From positions 1-64,000 of the forward strand of contig JAHLWR010000015.1 of the NCBI GenBank assembly GCA_019057815.1: DNA of 64,000 nt, written 5' to 3'. The notes under the pieces are model-generated. The model had not been told where the DNA came from. It saw nothing but the letters and a program-made list of their open reading frames with translations, and made no database searches. This stretch comes from Candidatus Heimdallarchaeota archaeon (lineage in GTDB: Archaea > Asgardarchaeota > Heimdallarchaeia > Heimdallarchaeales > Heimdallarchaeaceae). This document shows, piece after piece, positions 28,846-39,400 of the stretch (positions are counted from its first letter, which is position 1; every line of letters starts with the position of its first letter). The position numbers were made by a program, and so were the translations under genes.

Positions 28846-29934
28846 ATGGAAATCTCCTTTCTTCCTTCTAAATACTTAATTAATTGCATTAGAAAATTAG
28901 AAGACATCAACAGATTAGAATCGAATTTCTTTCTAAGAGCGGTAAGAATCAAAAATAATTCTGAAAAAACTATTCGACTAATTCAATATAGGTTTGATAT
29001 TAAAAGAAACAATAAATGTGTAAAAACAATCATATACAATGAAGGGACGATTAAAGAGAAATCTGAGGATGTAGAACAAATTCTTGAAAGATTAGATAAC
29101 CCAGATGTAGCAAAAATATTCATGGGAGTAGAGGAGTTCTGGAAAAAAGAACTATATTCTTCAAATATTCTTGAACCCAATTATGAGACTGGATTCAGAT
29201 TAGAACATTTTACACATATGGATATGGATCCCGTAAATCAGCTGGTTTTGACAGTAACATATGTTGAAGAGGAAGAGGAAAAAAAGGAAGTCTGTACTAT
29301 CCCTCTAGTTCAATATAAAAATGAAAATCAATACACATTTCCACTCAAAGGTGCGTGGATTGCTATTAATACATTTGATAATCTATACGAGCATAGAAGA
29401 ATGCATTCACAAGAGTTTGGCTTTGATCTAGGACAATTAGATGAGAACATGGTTTTCATTCCTCCAAAAGGAAACAAAAATGAATTCTTCTGTTTCCATA
29501 GGAAAGAAGTCATAGCTATAGCTGATGGAGAAGTTGTAGAAACTTTCAATGAAATACCTGAAAATCCTTCAGCAAGTGAACTATTACCTAAAGAAAAGAT
29601 GGGAGAAATAATCAATAAGTATGGATACATACCTCTAGCTGCTGGGAATTTTGTTGTTGTGAGACACTCAGGAAATGAATGCTCCTTTTATGCTCACTTA
29701 ATACCAAATAGCATAAAAGTGAAAAAAGGAGAAAAAATCAGACAAGGACAGGTTCTAGGTCTTTTAGGAAACTCAGGGAGTTCTTCAGCACCCCATCTTC
29801 ATTTCCAACTAATGCAAGGTTATGACTTCTTGACGGCTAGAGGATTACCATGTTACTTCACAAATATAACTGATATCGAAGGAAATAAAATAGAAATAAT
29901 AGACAAGAATTTTTCAGTAATTTATGCAGATTAA
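28846..29934 (+). CDS. M23 family metallopeptidase
   Basis: H...FGFD, ADGEVV, GNFVVV, YAHL, GNSGSSSAPHLHFQ. Confidence 0.9.
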   Translation: MEISFLPSKYLINCIRKLEDINRLESNFFLRAVRIKNNSEKTIRLIQYRFDIKRNNKCVKTIIYNEGTIKEKSEDVEQILERLDNPDVAKIFMGVEEFWKKELYSSNILEPNYETGFRLEHFTHMDMDPVNQLVLTVTYVEEEEEKKEVCTIPLVQYKNENQYTFPLKGAWIAINTFDNLYEHRRMHSQEFGFDLGQLDENMVFIPPKGNKNEFFCFHRKEVIAIADGEVVETFNEIPENPSASELLPKEKMGEIINKYGYIPLAAGNFVVVRHSGNECSFYAHLIPNSIKVKKGEKIRQGQVLGLLGNSGSSSAPHLHFQLMQGYDFLTARGLPCYFTNITDIEGNKIEIIDKNFSVIYAD

Positions 29935-30104
29935 ATTCCTCTTAGTCTTCTCTCTTTTAGTAGTGTAATCATTTCTGATGCAATTTTCTCAAACATTGGA
30001 AGATTCTATAATTCTTGGTGGAAGCAGCTGTTTTATTGTTCCCTAGAAATATTCCGAAATATTTACATACCAATAGAATACTTTCATGATGAATATCAAC
30101 AAAA

Positions 30105-31973
30105 TTGGTGAAAAGTCTGAAAAAGGATTTTTTCTCAAAATTATGGAAGAAGGGTCAAATCTCTTATTTAACAGATGAGGAATTAAATGAATTAATCCAA
30201 TTATTAGAAACAGGTAATTTTGATAAAGGGCTCTCTTTAATTCGGCAAATAGATCGAAGGAGATACCTAGATATTGATGGTAGAGCAATTACTTATGCAT
30301 TTAAACTTTTTATATTATTCTTTAGGGGGGAACTCGAAGAAGACGATATGTTACTTGTTGCTGATGAATTAAAGGAACTAGAAAAACAAGTAAAAACCTT
30401 ACGAGGAAAAATCTTTGGGAAGCTTATGTATACAAGGGTTTTGGTGTATGCTAAACGTGAGGAAAAACATATTAAAACCTTAAATGAACAGTTGGAAAAA
30501 ATAGAGAAAAGCCAAACTGTTATAGATTCATATTTTCGAGATTGGGTTTTAATGAGTATAATTGTTACTCTAGGCATGATTTATGTGAATGATGGAGAGT
30601 ACGATTCTGCTCTTAATTGTGTTTCAGAATCTACTGCTCTAAATGATAAACATAATTGGAAAACTAGGCAAGTAGATGTTTTAGAAACTACAGGCATCTG
30701 CTACTACTTACAAGATGAATTGGAACTAGCAATTGTGAAATATCAAGAAGCAATCAATCTTGCAAAAGAAATAGGATATACTCTAGGAATGTTTACTAAT
30801 GAAAATAACTTGATAGCGTGTTTTTGCGAAAAAGGTGATTTTCAAAGAGCGTTGAAGTTAGCTAAAATTTTATATAACAAAGCTCAAGAAACAAGATTTA
30901 CCCATATAATTGGGTTTTCGTTGTTCAGTATTGTTCAATCACTATTAGAACTTGCCTTAGATGATCAAATAAAACCGTATTTAGATGAATTAGAGGAGTT
31001 AGCAACAACCTTTCCTCAAAATAATATTGTAAATTACTCTGCGCAATATTCAAAAGCCTTGGTTCTAAAATCAAGTAAACATTTCGCAGATCGAATCAAA
31101 GCTGAAACATTATTCACACAATTATTAATTGATACTCCTGGTGCTGTGATTTACCCAAAAATAGTTTTTCATTTAGCTGAACTCACTCTTAAGGAATTAC
31201 AAACTACAAATAACGAAGAATTATTAGTGGAGTTCGAACAGAAAGTGGATTTATTGAAAGAAAAAGCTTCGCAATTTAGATCTCATTCTATGATCGCAGA
31301 GACTTATCTTCTAGAATCTAAGCTAGCTTTAATTAAAACTAACCTTAAAGAATCGCAGCAAAAGCTTGATCAAGCATTAAAATTAGCAAGAGAGAAGAAT
31401 TTACATAGAATGGTATTTAAGGTCTCTAAAGCCTATGATAAGTTTTTAGATGAAAAAAATATTTGGGAAAAATTGATAACTAAAAAAGCTCCCCTTAAAG
31501 AGAGACTAGACAATGCTCAATTAGATAAACTGATTGATCAAGCGATTCATCGAAGGTTAGCAAAAATCGAAGAAGTTCCTCTAGAAGAATCAGTCTACCT
31601 TTTTATTCTAAGTGATGGAGGTTTGACAGTTTATTCTTACGATTTCCAAGAAGAAAAAGTTATAGACGAGCAACTTGTAGGCGGGTTCCTTTCCGCTATT
31701 AACACTTTTTGTCAAGAAATGTTCTCAACTAAAGGTTATCTTGAAAGAGTGAAATACCAAGACTATACCATCCTTCTTGAACCTATTGAAGAATCTTTCA
31801 TCTGCAGTTATGTTATAAAAGGCGATTCTTATCTTGCTAGCAAACGCTTGATTAAGCTTATTGATGAAATTACAGAATCTCCTCTTTATGCAGATTTTGA
31901 AGAGATAAAGACGACAGGATTGGTAAAGCTCGACTATGATAAAATGAAAGATATGATTATAGAGATCTTTTAA
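30105..31973 (+). CDS. TPR-repeat protein with C-terminal longin/roadblock-like domain
   Basis: Helical TPR repeats; C-terminal FILSDGGLTVYSYDF...DEQLVGGFLSAINTFCQEMF. Confidence 0.75.
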   Translation: MVKSLKKDFFSKLWKKGQISYLTDEELNELIQLLETGNFDKGLSLIRQIDRRRYLDIDGRAITYAFKLFILFFRGELEEDDMLLVADELKELEKQVKTLRGKIFGKLMYTRVLVYAKREEKHIKTLNEQLEKIEKSQTVIDSYFRDWVLMSIIVTLGMIYVNDGEYDSALNCVSESTALNDKHNWKTRQVDVLETTGICYYLQDELELAIVKYQEAINLAKEIGYTLGMFTNENNLIACFCEKGDFQRALKLAKILYNKAQETRFTHIIGFSLFSIVQSLLELALDDQIKPYLDELEELATTFPQNNIVNYSAQYSKALVLKSSKHFADRIKAETLFTQLLIDTPGAVIYPKIVFHLAELTLKELQTTNNEELLVEFEQKVDLLKEKASQFRSHSMIAETYLLESKLALIKTNLKESQQKLDQALKLAREKNLHRMVFKVSKAYDKFLDEKNIWEKLITKKAPLKERLDNAQLDKLIDQAIHRRLAKIEEVPLEESVYLFILSDGGLTVYSYDFQEEKVIDEQLVGGFLSAINTFCQEMFSTKGYLERVKYQDYTILLEPIEESFICSYVIKGDSYLASKRLIKLIDEITESPLYADFEEIKTTGLVKLDYDKMKDMIIEIF

Positions 31974-32096
31974 CTTTTTAATTTCTTAATCTAGTCAATT
32001 TTCCTTAATAACTGATTAAGTTAATATATGAGCTAACCTGTTTTGTCTTGTTTTGTTACAAATTCTTCTATTGAGGCTAGAGAGAAATTTTCTTTA

Positions 32097-32687
32097 TTAT
32101 TCCATTTTCTCTTCTTTTTTTGAAACTTCCCTTTTCATAAAATCTTCTATTTCTATTATGAAACTATCGAGTTGTTTTGAAATATTCATCTTTTTTGATT
32201 TTTCTTTTAAGAATTCTATATCCATTCTTTCTTTATTACGAATGAAAACCGCTAAAGCATCTTCATAATCTTGCTCTGAACCAAATTTAAGTTTAAAAAG
32301 CACGATATTTACCGGATTATCAATTTTCAGTTTTATATCATTATAGATTCCTTCAATGGCCATATCAATACTTTCTTGTTCTAGATTTGAATAGACTCCT
32401 TTAATATCTATTCTAAACATTCCTTCTCTGTAAAAGAACGTACAATGTGATTTTTCATCCAAGCCTTCTAGATCATTTAATGAAGCATCGAAATTATTTT
32501 TTCCGAGAAAATTTACAAAATCTTCTCTATCAAGTTTAGTATGGTCTAAGATAATATCAATATCCATAGTAAAGCGTGCTCTCCCCAAAACTAATACAGA
32601 AACTCCTCCAACAATAACGTAGGGTATCTGTTTAGAATTAAAGTATTTCACTAGTCTTTTCAAACTCTCTGAAATTGGATCGTTCAT
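32097..32687 (-). CDS. Nucleotidyltransferase (DUF6036/Nuc-transf-like)
   Basis: YVIVGG...RFTMDIDII ... KLKFGSEQDYED. Confidence 0.8.
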   Translation of the reverse strand: MNDPISESLKRLVKYFNSKQIPYVIVGGVSVLVLGRARFTMDIDIILDHTKLDREDFVNFLGKNNFDASLNDLEGLDEKSHCTFFYREGMFRIDIKGVYSNLEQESIDMAIEGIYNDIKLKIDNPVNIVLFKLKFGSEQDYEDALAVFIRNKERMDIEFLKEKSKKMNISKQLDSFIIEIEDFMKREVSKKEEKME

Positions 32688-32929
32688 TTCTCGTCCTCTT
32701 TAGTATCGATGATTTTAGTCTTTTGTAAAGACAAAGCAAATTTTATGAAATTTGATGCTTCTTTGGAAAGCTCTTGTTCAGTAAAACTTCTAGCCCTAAA
32801 AGCAGCTCTCATTACGTCTCTTCTCCGCTCTTTAATTCTTTCCAAATTTGGTTCAAGCAAAGGCATTCTATCTATATAATTTGAATTTGGTTTAAAAAGT
32901 ATATTCCTTTTCTCAATAAACCAACTCAT
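32684..32929 (-). CDS. Small hypothetical partner of nucleotidyltransferase (possible antitoxin)
   Basis: ATGA overlap with NTase start; true start uncertain. Confidence 0.55.
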   Translation of the reverse strand: MSWFIEKRNILFKPNSNYIDRMPLLEPNLERIKERRRDVMRAAFRARSFTEQELSKEASNFIKFALSLQKTKIIDTKEDEK

Positions 32930-32995
32930 GTTTTCAATTCAATCATAGAAAACAAATAAATATTAGATAGTTTTAATGATTTGTTAAAATCATAG

Positions 32996-34300
32996 ATGAT
33001 TATAATGAATGAAATACTGATAGGTTTTCTCACTGGATTTGCTCCTGGTCTAATCCCGATAGTATTTTGGTTTTACAAACTAATTGCTAAATTTATCAAA
33101 TTTAGACCTTATCGTGATATATGGAAGGATTTTGATTCTAAAAATACAGTTATTTTACTTACAAGTCATGAACAAGGTCATTCACTAAAAATAAGTTTCA
33201 ATGAATATGAAGCTGCACAGCAAATACAAAAGTTACTAAATGTTCCTCTAGAATCTATTCCTTCTATGATTCATACTGATCAAGATCTTATTGATTATTC
33301 AGATAAGAATATAATTGTTTTAGGTTCTGAACATGTAAATGAATTAACGAGATTGTGTATGGAAACTATCTCAGGAATAATGAATTATTCATACACTGTT
33401 GATAACGATTTGATTGTAAACAATCGAGTCTACGAAAGCGAATATAAAAACGATATTCTAGTCAAAGACTATGCCCTTGTAATCAAAATGGATAGTCCCT
33501 TAAACCCAAAACGAAAAATGTTTGTTTTCGCTGGAAATCATGGATTAGGTACGCAAGCAGCTGTCTTAGCTTTAATCAACAAGATTAAAGTTGAAGAAGT
33601 TATTAAGGAAGTTGGAAATTCTAATTTCTATCTAATAGTCGAAAGTTCATTTGCACAACGTTTTTCAAAAAAACCCCTGGAAACTAGAATAGACCACTGC
33701 GTTCTTCTAGGAAGATTAGAAAAAAGTGCTTCAAAATCTATTACAGTTAAAAGAAGTGAAAGAGTTAAGGATTTCTTGTTACATCTGGGTGCTAAAAAAC
33801 AGCTTATTGATCATTTAGAGCTTACTTCAAAAATTGCTCTTTCAATAGGAAGAATTGTTGAAAAACGGGGGAAGAATCTGGATTTAAATGCTATATATTT
33901 TGGTGCAATGTTTCACGATGTTGGAAGAGTAAGAACACAAGAAATAGATCATGGTATTGAGGGGGCTAATTTGATAGAAGAAAATAGAGATGAACTTGTC
34001 CGTCAATACAACTTGATGCCTCATACTTTTATAAAGATAATTGAAGCTATTGAATGTCATATTGTTGGTGGTATTCCAAGTCGATGGATAACGGAAAGTT
34101 CATTAAATCTCCCTGAAAGAGATTTCATACCAAAGTCTATTGAAGCAAAAATTGTATCCATTAGTGATCAATTAACACATAAAAGAGATGTAACACAGAT
34201 GGTTTTCAGGGAGGATCCAACAAGAGACAAAGAAGTTTTTGCAAATCTCTATAACCTTTGTAGAGATATACTACAGCTTCCTTTTGCTTCAACTATCTAG
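32996..34300 (+). CDS. TM-anchored alpha/beta domain fused to HD phosphohydrolase (archaeal HDIG-like)
   Basis: N-terminal TM; IIVLGSEHVN...FAGNHGLGT; H...FHDVGR...HG...H...D. Confidence 0.75.
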   Translation: MIIMNEILIGFLTGFAPGLIPIVFWFYKLIAKFIKFRPYRDIWKDFDSKNTVILLTSHEQGHSLKISFNEYEAAQQIQKLLNVPLESIPSMIHTDQDLIDYSDKNIIVLGSEHVNELTRLCMETISGIMNYSYTVDNDLIVNNRVYESEYKNDILVKDYALVIKMDSPLNPKRKMFVFAGNHGLGTQAAVLALINKIKVEEVIKEVGNSNFYLIVESSFAQRFSKKPLETRIDHCVLLGRLEKSASKSITVKRSERVKDFLLHLGAKKQLIDHLELTSKIALSIGRIVEKRGKNLDLNAIYFGAMFHDVGRVRTQEIDHGIEGANLIEENRDELVRQYNLMPHTFIKIIEAIECHIVGGIPSRWITESSLNLPERDFIPKSIEAKIVSISDQLTHKRDVTQMVFREDPTRDKEVFANLYNLCRDILQLPFASTI

Positions 34301-36459
34301 TTAGAGTCAGTTTTAGCTAATGATTCTAATCCTTGACTTTGCGAGAGCCATTTTTCTATTTCATCCCCCTTTTGTCTCTTTCCTAGGAAATAGTTTATGA
34401 ATTGTATTAGTTTCAACATTCGGTAAATTTTTTCTCTAAAATCTTCGATAAAGCTGTCACTTAAATTGTATTTTTTACACAAATCTCTAATATGTTTTCC
34501 TTTAGATACTTCTTGAGCCAATCTGATTGTTTTCAGCGTATTAAGCTCATTTGATTTGATACTCTGTCTAATACTATGATCTTTTCTGACAAAAAGCCGT
34601 AAATATGTGGATATTGTTCGATTTTGAGCCGTGCTACAGAATTCCAGGTAGTCTAAGAAATTGTAGGGGTGGACAAAAAATGATGCAGCTAATTTTCCTA
34701 TTGTTGTAGGGTTCAGTCTTCCTCCCGATGATCGTACCACAAATCCTTCCTTTATCAAGAAGTCGATAATTCCGTAATTATTTAGCCATCTTTCTTGAGT
34801 TGATGGATATTCTTTTAGCAGAAATCTTTGATGTTTACATAGAAAATTTGAATGCTTATTTTGACACGTGCAACTTCTTCTAGACGGGGATAAATACAGT
34901 TGGAAGAGTTTGGATTGTTCTCTTATATTTGCCACAATTATACCTTTATCTATTCCTTCAATTGAAGTAATTGTCATTTTTTTCTCTTTTTCATTCCTTG
35001 CTTTGTCATATCTTTTGTAAAAATCCATAATTTCTTTGGTTTCCAATATCGATTCAGCTGAAGAGAAAAACGCATTAAATATCTCGTAATCAGCTGAATG
35101 ACGCATTAGAAGAGATTTATTTTTGTAAAACCAGAAGGAATCTTCTATGTTTTCCACTAAATGTTCTATTTTGCTTGAATAAGGATCTTTTGAATAGACT
35201 ATATTTTCAAGATATAACTTAACTAAATAATCATAATTTCCTAATTGGCTGTTTAAAGAGTTATAAATAGGTTTATTCTTACCTTTTTTATCTATCTTGA
35301 AGAGTTTTTTTTCTGTTCTATCCTTGAAATTTTTTCCTGAAACTAGCACAACTCCTTGACCTTTATCCGAATAACCGAGTCTACCTGCTCTACCGAGAGT
35401 TTGGAAAACTAAGTTATTTTCAATTTTCATTCTGTTATTTTGAACAATAAAGATAGCTGTTTCAGCAGGTAAATTCACTCCAGCCGCAAGAGTAGAAGTT
35501 GATACAAGGATGTCTAACTCACCACTTTTGTACATTTCTTCTACAAGTAATCTAACTATGTCGCTTAGTCCTGCGTGATGATAACCTACACGTTTCTTTA
35601 CTATTTCTTTCAATTTATCTGGGAAGTATGTGTTCCTTACAAGTTCTTTCAGCTTTTTATCATCATTAGCTGAAAATAATTCCTTAAAGGTCTCTGTTAT
35701 ATCTATGTTAGCATTTTTTTCTCTGGGATTAGCTATTTTTAAGGCAAGTTCTTCAGTTTTTGATCTTGAATTACAAAAAACAATTAGAGGTTTAGATTTC
35801 TTTTGATTTTCTTGTATATAATCAATGAAGTTTCTTGATGATTCTATAGCATATTCTAATGGAACTGGTCTGTTTTTTTCTAGTATTGGATAAACATTTA
35901 ACCAATCTGCGATTTCTATTGGGTTAGCTATTGATGAAGAAAGCAAGATTAATTGAGTCTTATTATCGTGTCTTTTAATTTCTAGCAATATTTCTTCAAT
36001 TACTCCTCCTCTTTGTGTGCCAAGGAAGTGAAATTCGTCTATAACGAGTATTTTAAGGTATTTCAGTAGAATTGAATATTTTTTTATCAAAGTCAGAATT
36101 TTTTCGTATGTTCCTACTATTATGTTACTCTCTGCTATCTCTTCTTCTTTGATTTTCACTCCTCCAACAGCTAAGAGAATCTTAATTCCTGTTTGGTTCA
36201 TTAGATCTGAAAAACGACTATATTCTTCTACTGCTATTGATTTATAAGGTAATGCCACACATATTTTGATTCTTCTGGGAGCTCTTAGGAATTTGCCGTA
36301 ATTTGACTGAAAATATTCATAGATATATTTCTCTGTTATGAAAGTTTTTCCTGAAGAACTTGGTGCTATTAGAATACTATCATAACCATCACTAAATATG
36401 TCAAAACACTTCTTCTGGAAATCTGTTATTTGCATTGTTTGATGGTGCTTAACGCCCAT
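34297..36459 (-). CDS. Ski2-like/Hel308-type SF2 helicase with SWIM zinc finger
   Basis: APSSSGKT, DEFH, RPVPL, HHAGL, TLAAGVNLPA, GRAGR; SWIM CTC...CKH. Confidence 0.88.
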   Translation of the reverse strand: MGVKHHQTMQITDFQKKCFDIFSDGYDSILIAPSSSGKTFITEKYIYEYFQSNYGKFLRAPRRIKICVALPYKSIAVEEYSRFSDLMNQTGIKILLAVGGVKIKEEEIAESNIIVGTYEKILTLIKKYSILLKYLKILVIDEFHFLGTQRGGVIEEILLEIKRHDNKTQLILLSSSIANPIEIADWLNVYPILEKNRPVPLEYAIESSRNFIDYIQENQKKSKPLIVFCNSRSKTEELALKIANPREKNANIDITETFKELFSANDDKKLKELVRNTYFPDKLKEIVKKRVGYHHAGLSDIVRLLVEEMYKSGELDILVSTSTLAAGVNLPAETAIFIVQNNRMKIENNLVFQTLGRAGRLGYSDKGQGVVLVSGKNFKDRTEKKLFKIDKKGKNKPIYNSLNSQLGNYDYLVKLYLENIVYSKDPYSSKIEHLVENIEDSFWFYKNKSLLMRHSADYEIFNAFFSSAESILETKEIMDFYKRYDKARNEKEKKMTITSIEGIDKGIIVANIREQSKLFQLYLSPSRRSCTCQNKHSNFLCKHQRFLLKEYPSTQERWLNNYGIIDFLIKEGFVVRSSGGRLNPTTIGKLAASFFVHPYNFLDYLEFCSTAQNRTISTYLRLFVRKDHSIRQSIKSNELNTLKTIRLAQEVSKGKHIRDLCKKYNLSDSFIEDFREKIYRMLKLIQFINYFLGKRQKGDEIEKWLSQSQGLESLAKTDSN

Positions 36460-36460
36460 T

Positions 36461-39400
36461 TTACATCTTTTCCCTAATGCTGGTAATAAGTTGTTTTACA
36501 AAGCTGTTTCGCTCACCTTCTTCTAAGTCAAAGTCAAAGGATTTATTCTCTTGTTGAATACTTTCGATTATTCTTCTCCGTGCTTCGATCAACTTCTTAG
36601 ATGATAATGATTCGTTCTTAGTTAAGATTGAATATTCCCATAACAGCTGAAATGTCTTTTCAAAAGGTTCAGGAACTGTTGCTTGTTGAAAGAAAGAGTT
36701 TACATTTTCTAGATAATCTTCAGCTTCCATATTGGGATAAAATTTCGTTTTAATTTGTAGAAGTGAAGCTATACCTTGTTTAATAATAGCTATAAACTCT
36801 TCTTTAGGGAGATTTTGGGATTTCTCTAAAGCATGTATAACTTCATCGGGATATTCTGATTTAATCATTTTCAATACTTTTGAGCTTTCTTTTCCTAAAG
36901 ACGAAAGCTCTGGAATCTCGTGCATGAAAACTTCTTTATCAAATTCTTGCCATTTTTCAGTTTTTAATTCATTATCTATCATACGTTCTATGAACTCTTC
37001 ATCTTCAGTTCTATTGTTATCACCAAAAGTCACTCGAAGTTGAATAGCATCGATTTGAGAGAGAGATTTCTGGAAAATTCTTTCTAGAACCTTTTTTGGG
37101 ATGTTTTCTAGCGCTTTTTCGTCATCCAAAATGTCTTTAAGCGATATCAAGAATTTTTCTAGTGTATGACTCTCTTCTACGAATTCAACATCTAACATAC
37201 TGGGTATTTTTGTTAGTAAAGAGTAAAGAACATCAAGTTTTGATTTTGCCTCATCAGTTGAATCTCTAACCTCTCTAACAAGTTTTCTGATTTTTTGTAA
37301 TTCAGCAATTATGTTTTTATCATCTGTTTTTTCTTCATCTTGAATAATGATGCTTGGTGATTCTATAAATTCTTCTAGTTCTTTCTTCTCTTCTAGTTCT
37401 TTCTTCTCTTCTAGTTCTGTCTCCTGTTGCTGTATTTCGCTCTTTTCTTCTAGACTACTTTGCTTTTCCTTCTCTATTATCCCTTTTACTTTCAGTTTTT
37501 CTAAGAATTTCTTACCTCTTGGAGTGATCTTCGTCCAATATTCTCCTCGTTTACCCTTCTTATCCACTGTCTCTTGGAAGATGTAACCAAAAGTTTCTAG
37601 AAGAGTTATAGTTTCTTTGACATTTTCTTCTGACCACTTGGAGAAGAGTTTTGGAAGAGATTCTGTGTTAATGCCTCTATGTGCTTTCGAAGAAAGTTTG
37701 ATTAAGATTACTTCCATTATCGGGTGAAAACTTGTGAAATCTTCAATATCAACGGAAATTTTCTCTTTTTGTTTAACTGTTTCTACATCCCTTTCTGCTG
37801 ATTTTCTAGCTATGGGTTCCATTTCATGTCTTTGAATTTCTTCGGGGAAGAATCTGAGTAAAATGGGTTTCTCCAATAGCTCTTCCCTTACAATTAGAAA
37901 TGAGTTCCTCGGTAAGCGACGGATATATTCCGTTTGATTTTTTTTCAGCCCATGAGTCTCAGAAACTAATCTTAGACACTTTGCTGATTTCAAATTACCT
38001 ATTACTCTATTTTGGTTCAGATCATAGATACTGTTAGCCAAATGAGATGGATAAGCTGTTGAAAATATCAGTTTAAAGGGACTATTTTCAAGTTTTTTCA
38101 GTATATGTGCAATAATGGTTCTTTCTACGTCTCTGCTGAAAAATAATTCTGCATCATCAATGTAGATAATTACATCTTCTTCTATATCCGCAATTTGAGC
38201 AAAAGTTGTTAGTTGCAGAAGAAAAGAATAAAGAAATGCTTTCTGTATTTTAAATCCCTGTTGACTAAAGTCTATTATTTTATTAGTGGTAAATAACTCC
38301 TGAAATTCCCTTTTACCATCAATTTCTGTTAAGCTACTTATCGAATGATCTCTTATCTCATTAACTAACGATCTTACAGCTGACAGCTGGTAATCAGTTA
38401 TTACCAAACCACCAGGTTCTATAGTCAACATAGTATAAAGATCGTCTAAAGTTACAACAGATTCTGCTTGAGGATAGAGTATATCCTCTCTTTCTTCTTT
38501 GTATTCTTTAAGATAGAAGTCTACTAAATCCCTCAATAGCACTACAGTATCACTTCTAGCATCTGCAACAACTCTCAGTATATCTAGAAAATTACTTAGA
38601 TATTGAGAAGCTAGCTGATCAGAAACGAATTGTTTCTCGAAATCAGGATATAAGATGTTTAATCCAAAGTTTTTTCCAAGGGTTAAATTAGTAAAATCTG
38701 CTTTAATCCTTTGGTTAAACTCTAGATTTGACCTAGGATCGAGTATGATAAACTTCTTATCTTGTTCTAACAAACGGCAAGTGATGATTTCTCTTGTTTT
38801 TTTATCTCCTGCAAGCAATAGAGGATATGAGAAATTAGCTGAAAATCCTAAATTCTTATCATTTTCAGTTAACCCTAGAATTATTCCATTGTCCGATTCA
38901 ATTCCACTAGGAAACGTGAAAATGCCTTCAGGACGTATATCTACTGCTGAACCCGGCATAAACGTTTGATTGAATTCTTCACTTTTCTCTATTAAAGCAT
39001 AATCTTTTGTTATGCTACTTATCCCCTTATTTCCTTCTAGTGTAGAAGAATCTTGATTGATTGTTCCATATGAGATAAACTCTTCCAGTGTGTCATCTAA
39101 CAATCTTCCTATTTTACCTGTGTTCTCAAGTTTTGATTTGAGTTCATTTCGTAAAAGCAAATTAAAATCTTCAACTATCTCATTTGTAGTTAAAAATATC
39201 TGAGACAAATCGTATTCCTTCCATGCTTTAATTATGTAGAACGAAAGAGTAACATCAATAGCTTGATTCTTCTCATTGACTACTTCATCAATTAAGGAGT
39301 TAGAATCCTTCTTTACTGGATTCTTTGAACCCTCTTTCTTTTTCACTCTTGCAGGTATAAACATCCGATGAAGAGTAACTTTCAGATTAGAAACCTCATT

